A stretch of DNA of 64,000 nucleotides. Source: Candidatus Poribacteria bacterium. GTDB lineage: Bacteria > Poribacteria > WGA-4E > WGA-3G. A model generated the notes under the pieces. That model worked only from the letters and a program-made list of their open reading frames with translations. It did no database searches and had not been told where the DNA came from. Made by a program: the position numbers and the translations under genes. Within the stretch, counting starts at the first letter, position 1; each line of letters begins with the position of its first letter. Of this stretch, positions 53,012 through 63,093 are shown piece after piece. The stretch is taken from contig CAXXLX010000002.1 of NCBI GenBank assembly GCA_963665235.2, forward strand, positions 288,001 to 352,000. The letters run 5' to 3'.

Positions 53012-54217
53012 TCAGGTGCGGTAGTCCGCATTGATTCGGATGTAATCGTACGAATAATCGCAGGTCCACATAGTTATTTCAGCGTTGCCTGCTTGGAGGT
53101 CAATGGTAATTCTGACAGGGTCATTGGCGAACAATTTGGTCGCTTTCGCCTCGTCATATCCAGCATCCATGCCGTTTTTAACGAGCAGATAGTCGCCGAG
53201 GAGCACGTCGACCTGATACGGGTCGAACGTTGCCCCGGATTTTCCGATTGCCATCATGATCCGTCCCCAGTTGGCATCGTTGGCGAAAACGGCTGTTTTG
53301 ACGAGTGGGGATTCGGCAACTGCCCGGGCGGCTTTTTCGGCATCGTCCCGATTTTTTGCGCGTTTAACGACAACTTCAACCAATTTCGTCGCGCCTTCGC
53401 CATCACGAGCAAGCATCTTGACCAATTCGGTGCAGACAGACTGCAACCCTTCACAAAACGCCTCGTAATTCGTCCCCTCCGGTTGAATAATGTCAGAGTT
53501 GCCTGCCCTGCCCGTTGCAAGAATCAATACCGTGTCATTTGTACTCCGGTCGGTATCGACGGTCAGTAGGTTATAGGTGTTATCTGTGACGTGGGTTAAG
53601 GCGGCTTGAAGTGCTTCGCTTCCGATGCATGCGTCAGTTGTCAGGTAGGAGAGCATTGTGGCCATATTGGGTGCTATCATCCCTGACCCCTTGGCAATTC
53701 CTCCGATTTTGATAGGGGTGCCGGCAATTGTCGTTTCAATCGCGAACGCTTTCGGGTGCGTGTCAGTTGTCATAATAGCTTCGGCGGCATCGCTTCCGCC
53801 TTCCACGCTAAGCGCGTTTGCTGCCAATTGAATGCCGTTCTCAATTTTATCCATCGGCAATTGTTGACCGATAACGCCTGTTGAGGAGACAAGAACGTGC
53901 TTTTCAGCGATGCCGAGTTGTGCTGCTGTTAACGATGCCATCCGTTGGGCGTTCGCCATGCCAGCCTCACCGGTACAAGCGTTGGCATTCCCACTGTTGA
54001 CAACAACGGCTTGTGCTGTCGCCTCGCTGAGGTGCTGACGACATACCAAAACTGGGGCAGCTGTGACGCTGTTTTTTGTGAAGACACCTGCAGCGACCGC
54101 TGGGGTATCGGTGACGATTAAGGCTAGGTCTTTTAGTTCTGATTTTTTGATACCGGCATGGATGCCTGCTGCTCGGACCCCCGGCACTGCGGTAATTCCA
54201 CCATCTATCTGTTTCAT
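53012..54217 (-). CDS. argJ: bifunctional ornithine acetyltransferase / N-acetylglutamate synthase
   Basis: NSGNANACTG, SSTGVIG, IMTTDT, KGSGMIAPNMATML, DGEGATK, NADYRT. Confidence 0.97.
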   Translation of the reverse strand: MKQIDGGITAVPGVRAAGIHAGIKKSELKDLALIVTDTPAVAAGVFTKNSVTAAPVLVCRQHLSEATAQAVVVNSGNANACTGEAGMANAQRMASLTAAQLGIAEKHVLVSSTGVIGQQLPMDKIENGIQLAANALSVEGGSDAAEAIMTTDTHPKAFAIETTIAGTPIKIGGIAKGSGMIAPNMATMLSYLTTDACIGSEALQAALTHVTDNTYNLLTVDTDRSTNDTVLILATGRAGNSDIIQPEGTNYEAFCEGLQSVCTELVKMLARDGEGATKLVEVVVKRAKNRDDAEKAARAVAESPLVKTAVFANDANWGRIMMAIGKSGATFDPYQVDVLLGDYLLVKNGMDAGYDEAKATKLFANDPVRITIDLQAGNAEITMWTCDYSYDYIRINADYRT

Positions 54218-54247
54218 CAAGTTCTTCGGATTGGAAACCCCCAGCAT

Positions 54248-55300
54248 TTATGCGGGGGAGGAAAATCCGCCTTTATAGTTGAAGTTCAAGCGTGTTAGCA
54301 CTTGAAAATCTGCGCGTTTTGCACCCGTTGTGAGGCGTTCACCTTCTAAGCTATAGATAGAAAACAACCCCTTTGCATTAATACCCGTAATAGGATGTCC
54401 TCGGTGGGACCTCGGACGTGTGATACCATGCTTACCATGTTTGATCAGTGTGTTTTTGATAAGTCTATCACTTAACACAGTCCCCCCATAGCGGGGTCTC
54501 TTTCCCCCGGTTTGTGGGTTCTGCCGATGCAGTTCCCGCCTGCGTATGGGTATCGGTGAAATGCAGAATATGTCTGTATTGTCCACGGTTTCCGCATCAC
54601 CCCCCACGGTATGGTAGGCTAAGCACCACGCGTCAACGCAATGTGCCTCAAAAGTCTCTGCCAACTTTTGAGATGACTTTTTCAAACCGAGCCTGTCGCG
54701 CAGCTGTTTTGTCTGCCACCCTTGAAGGGTTAGCAGTTCCCACCGCTTTTCTATTTCGCCATAAAACCAGGTCTTGCCCACCTCAAGCGGACTAAAAGAT
54801 GTGTTCCATTTCTTAGCACGTTCAATAGTCCGTGCTTTGATGTCCTCAACACAGACGTGTGTAACAGGATAGAGTTTAGACAACCAATCTAATATCCGAA
54901 GTTTCCAATCCCAACGGGCACGGGTGCCTGCCGGGAGACGGTCTTTCTTCGCTACTCGATTTGTTCGATGCTTCCGGTTTGGACACTTCCGGGTTCTACG
55001 ACCCCGTCTCAAGATACGTCTTCTTTTAACTTTTTTTCCAACCTTGTTATGTGCATCCGCTTGCACATTCAGATATGTGTGTGCCTCAGACTTCACCGTG
55101 AAGCCTTCTTTCTTGGAACCAGGGTCCACGCCCACACAGATTTCCTGTGTGTGTTCTTTTGTCTCGTAGTTTAGCCGAATACAAAAGATACCGTTACGCC
55201 AATATGGCGTTGCCAATTCTTTTTTGATTAGCACGCCCGCTTTGTTAGAATCTGTCGGCATTAATGGATTGCCAGACTTGCTTTGAACCGGAACAAACAT
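54248..55300 (-). CDS. isrB: IsrB RNA-guided nickase (PLMP/RRXRR, split RuvC, no HNH)
   Basis: PLMPT, GVDPGSK, RRRILRRGRR bridge helix, VEDIK, HCVDA; 350 aa with no HNH. Confidence 0.88.
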   Translation of the reverse strand: MFVPVQSKSGNPLMPTDSNKAGVLIKKELATPYWRNGIFCIRLNYETKEHTQEICVGVDPGSKKEGFTVKSEAHTYLNVQADAHNKVGKKVKRRRILRRGRRTRKCPNRKHRTNRVAKKDRLPAGTRARWDWKLRILDWLSKLYPVTHVCVEDIKARTIERAKKWNTSFSPLEVGKTWFYGEIEKRWELLTLQGWQTKQLRDRLGLKKSSQKLAETFEAHCVDAWCLAYHTVGGDAETVDNTDIFCISPIPIRRRELHRQNPQTGGKRPRYGGTVLSDRLIKNTLIKHGKHGITRPRSHRGHPITGINAKGLFSIYSLEGERLTTGAKRADFQVLTRLNFNYKGGFSSPA

Positions 55301-55511
55301 AGTTTGTAATCTCCCTTTCGGGTTGTATATTTCCCCATCCAGATCAGGTATTCAGAGAGGGGTCGGACTTGGGGAGCATCCGAGACATCTTATGAGCTGC
55401 CACGCTCAGAATACCCGATATATTACTGTAGTGAAGAACTTAATCCTTGACAGGGAACGTGTGTGGCTACGCTTTGTCAAAGCACCCAAGCTTTAGCTGG
55501 GTGATCTTTAC
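55301..55511 (-). ncRNA. omega-RNA (HEARO-like) scaffold
   Basis: ~210-nt non-coding segment upstream of isrB with terminal hairpin and GGATGCTCCCCAAGTCC motif. Confidence 0.75.
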
Positions 55512-55542
55512 AAAAAAACGCTCCTGAGTATGTAGTGTTCCC

Positions 55543-55571
55543 ATTTTAGGATATTTCGATGAAATCGTCAA
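55543..55571 (-). promoter_or_regulatory. putative argJ promoter
   Basis: TTGACG-17 nt-TAAAAT; AGGAG SD at 55521-55525. Confidence 0.65.
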
Positions 55572-55991
55572 GTTTTTTATTAATACTGAACTTTGGACAA
55601 TTTTAGGGGGCATCCAGTCAAAGGGCAAAGAGATAGGGAAGGATGGAAGGGGGGAAGATTAGATTTCGCGTGTGTTGTCTGAATCACGGAGGACACAGAG
55701 GACACAGAAAACGCGGAAAGAAGTTTGGCTAAAATCTATAAACATACCGCCCCGCTGGGGCTAGCTTGTCTGGTGTTCGCGTTTTCTATTTTCCTGTCAA
55801 CCGATCAAAACTTTTAGAGCTACCAAGTTGAACAAGAAATGAGACCTACACAATAAATGCTTCTATTACAACTACGATGGGTGATGAATTGCCCTACTAC
55901 AAACGACGGGCGAGGGGCTCTCGCCTCTACGAACGATGGACGATGAATTGCCCTTAGAGGAGCGGGCTGCTTGCCCGAATACTGAACGACC

Positions 55992-57668
55992 TCACTTTAT
56001 TACGCCGTGCCCCTCTTTAATGTGCAGAATTTGATTTGCCTTCACATCGAAAAATTGCTCAGTGTGTCCACTCGGCCAGTGGAGCTCTAGCATATCAACC
56101 TGTTTGTGCTGCCCAAGTCCGAAGTGAGCGCGCAGGTCGTTTTGGGAGAGATAGCTTGACCCACTATGCACCTCTCTGATAAGCGTGTGTGCGCCTATTT
56201 TTAAGATTATTTTTGTGCCGATACCGGAGGCGTTGCTTTGTGTACCGATAGTCCGAATTGTTAGATAGTTGTTGCTGTTTCCCCCATCGTTTCGGAGTAG
56301 CATTGCGGTTTGATTGGAATGGTTGAGAAAAATATCGATATCGCCGTCGTTATCGTAGTCGCCGAAGGCTGCGCCGCGGCTGACCTTTTTGGGTAGCCGC
56401 GTTAATCCAACTTCAGCAGACACATCTGTGAAACGATGTCCCTTACCTTGGGAATTGTTTTGGAAAAGGAGGTCGAGTTGGGGGTAGGTGGCATCGGAGA
56501 AGTCTGCGATATTGTCCTGAAGATGCCCGTTAGCGAGGAAGATATCGAGTCGGCTATCGTTGTTGTAATCTAGAAAATCGACTGCCCACTTAAAATAGGG
56601 AAGTGTTGTTGCGCCAATCCCTGAAGCGAAAGAAACCTCTGAAAAAAATAGTGTTTCTTCATTGTGATAAAGGAGTACAGGTTGCGCGGGAGCATTACTG
56701 ACGATTAGGTCGAGGTATCCATCGTTATCGTAATCGCCGAAAGCACTACCCATGCCGCTGCCGGGCATGCCATTTTCATCGTAGCCTGTGCCGTTGAGGT
56801 CAGCGATTTCAGTGAATGTGCCATCGCCATTGTTTTGATAAAATAGGTCAGGTTCCATATCGTTGGCAATGTGAAGGTCAGGGTCGTTGTCATTATCGTA
56901 ATCGCCGACTGCCACGGCGAGTCCGAGGCCACGGTGTGAAATTCCAGCGGCTTCGGTGACATCGGTGAACGTCCCATCTCCGTTATTGCGATAGAGGATA
57001 TCCGCTTCACTGACAAAGCGGGTGCGTTCCATTTGGTCTACAGGACTGCAATAGATTCGTACCCCCCGTGTTTCCCACCCTTGATTGTCTGGAACGGAAA
57101 ATTGCATATAGTTGACGACGTATAGGTCGACGTGTCCATCCAAATTGTAATCCAGGAAGGCGCATCCTGTTCCCCAACGTTCGTCTCCGACGCCTGCTTT
57201 CTCTGTGATGTCGGTAAAAGTGCCATCGCCATTGTTATGATAGAGTCGATTGGGGGTTCCGTAGTTTGTCACATAAATTTCAGGGTATCCATCATTGTTG
57301 ATATCGGCTGCGGCGCATCCGACCCCGTATCCTGTATCGCCAACGCCTGCCTTGTGTGTAATGTCGGTAAAAGTGCCGTCTCCGTTGTTGTGATAGAGGC
57401 TGTTTTGTGCGGAGGGGATGTTTGCTGGAATTGCGGGGGCGATGTGTGTACCGTTCACAATATAAAGGTCAAGGTTTCCATCGGCATTGTAGTCAAAAAA
57501 GAGTGCCCCGGAGCCGAGGGTTTCAATGAGAAATTTTTGACCTGTTCTGCCATCCACATGCCGAAAAGCGATGCCTGCTGTGGCGGTTGCATCGATGAAG
57601 TGAACCTCTGTATAAGCAGGCCGACTGACGAGACTCAAACAGAGCAGAATTTGACAGATACATCTCAT
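55992..57668 (-). CDS. CRTAC1-like FG-GAP / ASPIC-UnbV protein
   Basis: DYDNDG repeats, GSSYLSQ; start MRCIC overlaps the upstream stop. Confidence 0.9.
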   Translation of the reverse strand: MRCICQILLCLSLVSRPAYTEVHFIDATATAGIAFRHVDGRTGQKFLIETLGSGALFFDYNADGNLDLYIVNGTHIAPAIPANIPSAQNSLYHNNGDGTFTDITHKAGVGDTGYGVGCAAADINNDGYPEIYVTNYGTPNRLYHNNGDGTFTDITEKAGVGDERWGTGCAFLDYNLDGHVDLYVVNYMQFSVPDNQGWETRGVRIYCSPVDQMERTRFVSEADILYRNNGDGTFTDVTEAAGISHRGLGLAVAVGDYDNDNDPDLHIANDMEPDLFYQNNGDGTFTEIADLNGTGYDENGMPGSGMGSAFGDYDNDGYLDLIVSNAPAQPVLLYHNEETLFFSEVSFASGIGATTLPYFKWAVDFLDYNNDSRLDIFLANGHLQDNIADFSDATYPQLDLLFQNNSQGKGHRFTDVSAEVGLTRLPKKVSRGAAFGDYDNDGDIDIFLNHSNQTAMLLRNDGGNSNNYLTIRTIGTQSNASGIGTKIILKIGAHTLIREVHSGSSYLSQNDLRAHFGLGQHKQVDMLELHWPSGHTEQFFDVKANQILHIKEGHGVIK

Positions 57669-58921
57669 TTTTTTTGTAGGGCATCCCGTCTTTCGCGGGC
57701 TTGTTGTGCTTCGCTGTTTAGTGCTAGGTGGGTGTATATTGTGGCGAGCGTGTCCCAATAATTCGCTTCCGCTGGGGCAAGGCGGGTGGCAGTTTGCGCG
57801 TGCTTAAGTGCTTTTGATAGATGTCCCATCAATTCTGTGTAGCAGACAGCGATGTTGTTATGGGCAATTGCGAGCGTAGCATCGGCATCTATCGCTTTTT
57901 GATATGCCGATATTGCGAGTTTAATTTTCCCCTGTTTATGGTAAGCGTGTCCGAGATTGTAATGAGGACTGGCTAAAGCGGGGGCTAGGGAAATTGCATG
58001 TTTATAGTTTTCAATTGCTTTGTCGTAACGGCGGCGTGTCAGATAAATGATGCCGAGATTGTTATAACCTTTTGGGTCGTCGGGACGCATTTTGACCCAC
58101 TTCTGTGCTTTTTGAAGAAGGGGGTCGGTGGCGCGAAGGATTTTGAAGAACGTCATTGCTGCCGCGGCTTTCTCTTTCTGACCACGCTTGATATGGACCT
58201 GCGCTATTTGATAATATGCTGCTGTCCTATCTATCTGAATCTCAATAACCTTCTCAAAGGCAGTCATGGCAGCATCATACCGTCCGCTCTTCGCGTATAC
58301 CCGCCCTAATCCGTAAATGGCCTCGGTTCCGTTGGGTGTGAGCTGGACCGCTGCTCGATATGCCTGCTCGGCTTGCGTTGTCTGCCCCTGTTTGAGGGAC
58401 ACCTCACCGAGGCCAATATAAGCAGCTGTCCATTTCGCATCGATGGCAATAGCGTGTTTAAACGCTTCGGCAGCACGTGCGAGCATGCCCTGCTTGAGAT
58501 AGACTAAGCCAATATTATAGTGTGGCTCCGCTGTTTTATCGGACAATTGGCACGCCTTCCGATAAACGCGTAGTGCTGCTTCGTACTGTTTGAGTTCCGA
58601 GTAGGTAATGCCGAGCGCGTTGTAGATAATAGCGGAACTCGGGTTGTGCGCGATGGCTTTTTTGTAGGCGGAGACCGCTTTTTCAAATGCCTCTAACGCA
58701 TGGTGAGCAGAGGCGATTCTATAATGTACCTCTGCCAACCAGTCAGCATCAGAATCTGCGGTTCGTGAGCGGACTGCTTCTTCAAACGCTGTGAGTGCTT
58801 TCTGATACCGACCTGCTTCATAGGACGCTATGCCGCGTTGATAGTGTTCATTAGCAACATTGGCTAAAGCAGTGTTTCCTAAAACACTACAGAGAAGAAA
58901 CATTGTGATATATCTGAGCAT
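57665..58921 (-). CDS. TPR repeat protein
   Basis: Multiple TPRs; start MLRYIT (upstream extension is heptamer repeat). Confidence 0.88.
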   Translation of the reverse strand: MLRYITMFLLCSVLGNTALANVANEHYQRGIASYEAGRYQKALTAFEEAVRSRTADSDADWLAEVHYRIASAHHALEAFEKAVSAYKKAIAHNPSSAIIYNALGITYSELKQYEAALRVYRKACQLSDKTAEPHYNIGLVYLKQGMLARAAEAFKHAIAIDAKWTAAYIGLGEVSLKQGQTTQAEQAYRAAVQLTPNGTEAIYGLGRVYAKSGRYDAAMTAFEKVIEIQIDRTAAYYQIAQVHIKRGQKEKAAAAMTFFKILRATDPLLQKAQKWVKMRPDDPKGYNNLGIIYLTRRRYDKAIENYKHAISLAPALASPHYNLGHAYHKQGKIKLAISAYQKAIDADATLAIAHNNIAVCYTELMGHLSKALKHAQTATRLAPAEANYWDTLATIYTHLALNSEAQQARERRDALQKK

Positions 58922-59066
58922 TGGCGATTGGCAATTAGCAATTAGCAATTGGCGATTAGCAATTGGAAACCAGAGAAAGAGGGTTTTGACGCGCGGCAGA
59001 GATATGCTTAGCATCACAACCTTCTTGCTAACAGCCAACAGCCAATAGCCAATTGCCAACAACCAA

Positions 59067-59843
59067 TTAACGCTGTGATGCTTTTATAGCACCCCATGTC
59101 GTAGCAAGTTTTCCTGCGGGTTCTACCGGTAGAAATCCATCCGCTCTAATGGTATCAATCTCCGCTTGCGTAAGGACTCGGTTGAAAAGATACACTTCGT
59201 CAATGGTGCCTGTGAAGAATTCGTCGCCTGGATGTCTTGCGCCGACCATAACGGAGCCGCTAATCTCAATAATTGCTGGCGGTTTTCCACCACTACCTAC
59301 TTTTTTGCCATCATAGTAGATGCTAACATCGGAGTCAACGTCATGTGTTACGGTAAGATGCACCCAATCTTCGGGTTGATTTTCATCGGAAATACATTTT
59401 TGTGTCCAGCCTGGTGCTTTGGACCAGAGATAAGTTTTTTTGGTATTGTTATTGAAAATAGTTGCCCATACGAGTGGACCAGCAGCGACCATATAGTTCC
59501 ATTCTGCAGCTTGAGTATTTCCGCGTTTAACCCAAAAAGTGACAGAAAATTTTTCTCTTAGCTGTAAGGTATCGTTAATCGGCACTTTTACATACTGTCG
59601 CTTAGTGCCATCAAATTCAAGGGCTTTCCCACCAAATTGTCCATCAACCACTGTAGGATTTGCGACCAGTTCGCCATCATTGCCGTGTACTGAGCCATCT
59701 TTGGCGGTGTTCCCTTTTACATCGTCGAAGGATAGGTATAGCACGAGAGATTTATCGTCTAAACCTGCGTTCGAGGGGGCGGTAACGATGAACAGAGTGA
59801 AAATTGCCACGATTGCTGTTGTCCATTTTATACATTTCTGCAC
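59067..59843 (-). CDS. LamG-like jelly-roll protein with C-terminal KLATTWGAIK motif
   Basis: LVLYLSFD, GKALEFDG, WVHL, FTGTIDEV; exact start uncertain. Confidence 0.85.
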   Translation of the reverse strand: MQKCIKWTTAIVAIFTLFIVTAPSNAGLDDKSLVLYLSFDDVKGNTAKDGSVHGNDGELVANPTVVDGQFGGKALEFDGTKRQYVKVPINDTLQLREKFSVTFWVKRGNTQAAEWNYMVAAGPLVWATIFNNNTKKTYLWSKAPGWTQKCISDENQPEDWVHLTVTHDVDSDVSIYYDGKKVGSGGKPPAIIEISGSVMVGARHPGDEFFTGTIDEVYLFNRVLTQAEIDTIRADGFLPVEPAGKLATTWGAIKASQR

Positions 59844-59889
59844 GGTTTTCAAAGCCTCCTTATAGAGATTTTTCCAAACTGAAAAGAGC

Positions 59890-61647
59890 TTAGCAAGCCC
59901 CACATTTTTTACAGACTGTCGTATCACATTGGCTTGTCATAAACCCTTTTTCCTGTTTACTGAATTCGAGTTGTAGGAATTGCGGTTTAACGTTTAGGTC
60001 AAGATGGTCCCAGGGGTTAACTTCGTTGAGCTCCCGTTGTCGGAGTGCGTAAAAATCGGGTGCAAGCCCATATTTACGGAAGGCGTTGTTCCATGATAGG
60101 TTTCCGCTGGCGAGTTCGGCAATTACTTTTCCGAGCCGGCGGTCGCCTCGTGCGAAGACAGCTTCTTGGTGCGCGAGGCGCGCGCTTGCGGATGACACTT
60201 TTAAACTACCGAGCCTGTTAATTTCGCGTTTCAGGTAATCAAGTTTTTTCGCGATTGTTTTCGGTGGCTCCATGGCGACCCACTGGAACGGGGTATGCGG
60301 TTTTGGTACCATCGGCGAGATGGTAAAGCTGATGCGTCCTATTTTTCCAGTGCGTTTTGCGTGGGGTAGCAGGATTTTTCGCATATCCTTTGCCATATCC
60401 ACAATGGCTGTCACATCGGCGGGGGTTTCCTGCGGGACACCGATGAGAAAATAGAGGCGGAGGTTAAGAATATCACGTTTCAACGCTTCTTCAAAGACAT
60501 AATAGAGCCGTTCCCGGGGTATTGCTTTATTGACAACCCTTTGAAGTTCTGGTGTGGCAACTTCGGGTGCTATGGTAATTGTGCCCTGTTCGCTGTCAGC
60601 GAGGGCATCAAGTAGGGGCGTACGGACAGTCTCTGCCCGGAGCGAGGCACACGAAATACGGAACCCGCGTTCCACGAGGCCTGTTGCGATGTCGTCAATC
60701 TGCGGGTGGTCAGAGATAGATGCCCCGACAAGTCCGATTCTGTCTGTAATACCGCGGGCTCTTTCAGCGAGGGCGAGTGTATTTTCGACAGAGCGGCGCC
60801 TCGGCCATCGGCGGGCATAGTCTGCTACACAGAAACGACATTGTCTGCCACACCCGCGTACAATTTCAATGAGATGTGCGTTCTGGAACTCCGTATTCGG
60901 GGTATGAATATGCGTACAAGTTTCCACAGCGTCCAATTTTGGGACTGCGGCTGCGCTAATTTTTTGAGGGAATCCCGGTTTTGGAACTACCTGTTTGACT
61001 GTATTATCTGCGTGATACGTGACATCATAAAAGCTGGGGACGTATAAACCCGGGAGTTTGCCAAGGGTGTGCAGCAGGTCAGTCTTTGGCGCGTTTGCCT
61101 GTTTCCACTCGTGGAATTCATCCATGAGTTGATGTACAAGGAGTTCGGCTTCACCGACGACAAAGATGTCAATGAAATCCGCTATCGGTTCCGGGTTGTA
61201 GGAGATATTAATTCCCCCCGCAATAACTAGTGGGTGCCATTCTGACCGTTCTGCAGCGAGGGCGGGAATTTTTCCGAGTGTCAACGCCTGCGGAATGTGG
61301 ATATAGTCGGATTCAAAGGAGACTGAGAAGCCGACTATATCAAAGGCATGCAGTGCGGTTTGTGTCTCTAGTGAGAAGAGGGCTTCGTTCCGCTTCTGGA
61401 GTTCTTGAACGTACTTGGGTTCCGGTATGAAAACTCGTTCACAAGCGGTATCTTGCCTGCTATTTAGCGTAGCATGGATGACCTGAACGCCGAGGCTTGA
61501 CATCCCAAGTTGATAGGTGCCCGGATATACGAGCGCGAACCGGTTGGGTTTTCTGTAGGTACGCTTGCCTGAGTGCGCCCCGTGCTGTCCGTGTATTGCT
61601 TGTGTTTCCGTATTCACCAAGTGTTGCGCGTGTTGGCGTAAATTCAT
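59890..61647 (-). CDS. B12-binding-type radical SAM protein
   Basis: GMSSLG, IEIVRGCGRQCRFC, IAPE, PKPHTPFQW. Confidence 0.88.
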   Translation of the reverse strand: MNLRQHAQHLVNTETQAIHGQHGAHSGKRTYRKPNRFALVYPGTYQLGMSSLGVQVIHATLNSRQDTACERVFIPEPKYVQELQKRNEALFSLETQTALHAFDIVGFSVSFESDYIHIPQALTLGKIPALAAERSEWHPLVIAGGINISYNPEPIADFIDIFVVGEAELLVHQLMDEFHEWKQANAPKTDLLHTLGKLPGLYVPSFYDVTYHADNTVKQVVPKPGFPQKISAAAVPKLDAVETCTHIHTPNTEFQNAHLIEIVRGCGRQCRFCVADYARRWPRRRSVENTLALAERARGITDRIGLVGASISDHPQIDDIATGLVERGFRISCASLRAETVRTPLLDALADSEQGTITIAPEVATPELQRVVNKAIPRERLYYVFEEALKRDILNLRLYFLIGVPQETPADVTAIVDMAKDMRKILLPHAKRTGKIGRISFTISPMVPKPHTPFQWVAMEPPKTIAKKLDYLKREINRLGSLKVSSASARLAHQEAVFARGDRRLGKVIAELASGNLSWNNAFRKYGLAPDFYALRQRELNEVNPWDHLDLNVKPQFLQLEFSKQEKGFMTSQCDTTVCKKCGAC

Positions 61648-61701
61648 AATAGTTAAATACTCTTCAACCTCAGTTAACTGGCGGCGATAACTATTCCTGC
61701 C

Positions 61702-63093
61702 TTAGTTTCTGCGATTGTTTCCTTTCTTAACTCGAAGGAATGTCGGAATATCCCACGGTTTTTCCTGGTTTCCGGTATCCGTATTCTTATCATCGGGTTG
61801 TTCCGTATCGTCAGGCTGTTCTCTATCTGGTTGTGAGCTGTCTGCTTGACGGTTGGAGGTTCGTGTATTTCTAGCGGGAGGATTGGCACTTTCCTGCTCG
61901 TTGCCTCTTCTTCCGGCTGGCTGCCTTTCAGGTGTGGCTGCCTGCTCTCTTGGATAGGGGTTTCTTGCTGACCTGCTATCCGTTCTGCGGATTCGGCTGC
62001 CTTGTAAGATAGGAGTGCCTCGTTCGGTTTGGCGAAATCTTTGCGGAGAGTTCACAGCGTTCTGTCCGCCTGTCCCGGTGGGACTCGTTGGGCCTGTGCC
62101 AACGTAAGGTTCCCTGCCTTGGTCTGAATCTGAATCGAATCCGGTTGCGATGACAGTGACGAGGACTTCATCGTCGAGTTCCAATTCATTTTTGTTGACT
62201 AATCCGAAGATGGGTTCAGCGTTTTCGGATACGTCCCGGATGACTTTCATCGCCTCGTGCAATTCATGCATCATAAATCCGGGGGGGGCTGTAACATTGA
62301 CAATCATTCCGACTGCCCCTTGAATGTTTGTTTCTTCGAGGAGCGGTGAGGAGATAGCGGCTTCAGCGGCGATTTGCGCGCGATGGTCGCCGGTAGCTCT
62401 TCCCATGCCCATCAGGGCAGTGCCAGCGTCCCGCATAATGGTTTCGACATCGGCGAAGTCAACGTTAATTTCGCCAGCTTCGGTGATAATGTCGGAGATG
62501 CTTTGCACCCCATGCAAGAGGACTTTGTCGCCTTCTCGGAATGTTTCCGTTACCGGCATTTTCCTGTCCATTGCGTCAATGAGCCGTTGGTTCGGAACAA
62601 CGATGACCGAATCTGCGGTACTTCGAAGTTCTTGGAGTCCTACTTCCGCTTGTTCGGCGCGCCGGCGGCCCTCGAAATCGAAGGGACGCGTGACAATACC
62701 GATGGTTAACACCCCTTTTTCACGGGCAAGCGATGCGACAAACGGGGCTGCACCTGTACCAGTGCCGCCGCCCATGCCTGCGGTGATAAAGATCATGTTT
62801 GCACCATCAACGATTTCTTGCAAATGTTCTCGGTCCTCTTCGGCGGCTTTCCTGCCGATTTCTGGGTTTGCCCCGGCACCGAGGCCCTCTGTTGTGTTTA
62901 CACCAATCTGAATTTGTTCAGCCCCTACACATGTTCTCAGGGCTTGATGGTCCGTATTAACAGCATAAAATTCGATACCAGAGAGTCCGGCTTCAATCAT
63001 CCGCTTGACAGCATTTCCGCCTGCTCCGCCTACGCCGATAACTTTTATTCGTGCCGGTGAACTCTTAAATTCTTCTTGTTCAAATTCTATCAT
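61702..63093 (-). CDS. ftsZ: cell division protein FtsZ
   Basis: GVGGAGGNA, AGMGGGTGTG, NVDFAD, C-terminal DIPTFLR. Confidence 0.98.
   Translation of the reverse strand: MIEFEQEEFKSSPARIKVIGVGGAGGNAVKRMIEAGLSGIEFYAVNTDHQALRTCVGAEQIQIGVNTTEGLGAGANPEIGRKAAEEDREHLQEIVDGANMIFITAGMGGGTGTGAAPFVASLAREKGVLTIGIVTRPFDFEGRRRAEQAEVGLQELRSTADSVIVVPNQRLIDAMDRKMPVTETFREGDKVLLHGVQSISDIITEAGEINVDFADVETIMRDAGTALMGMGRATGDHRAQIAAEAAISSPLLEETNIQGAVGMIVNVTAPPGFMMHELHEAMKVIRDVSENAEPIFGLVNKNELELDDEVLVTVIATGFDSDSDQGREPYVGTGPTSPTGTGGQNAVNSPQRFRQTERGTPILQGSRIRRTDSRSARNPYPREQAATPERQPAGRRGNEQESANPPARNTRTSNRQADSSQPDREQPDDTEQPDDKNTDTGNQEKPWDIPTFLRVKKGNNRRN

Larger units (their letters stand above)
54218..55511 (-). mobile_element. 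IsrB OMEGA element (IS200/IS605 superfamily), 1294 bp
   Basis: End hairpins homologous to those of the tnpA/tnpB element; followed by ATGA. Confidence 0.85.

Noticed and set aside
54248-55300. IscB or Cas9
   Set aside because: No HNH domain and only 350 aa, so IsrB
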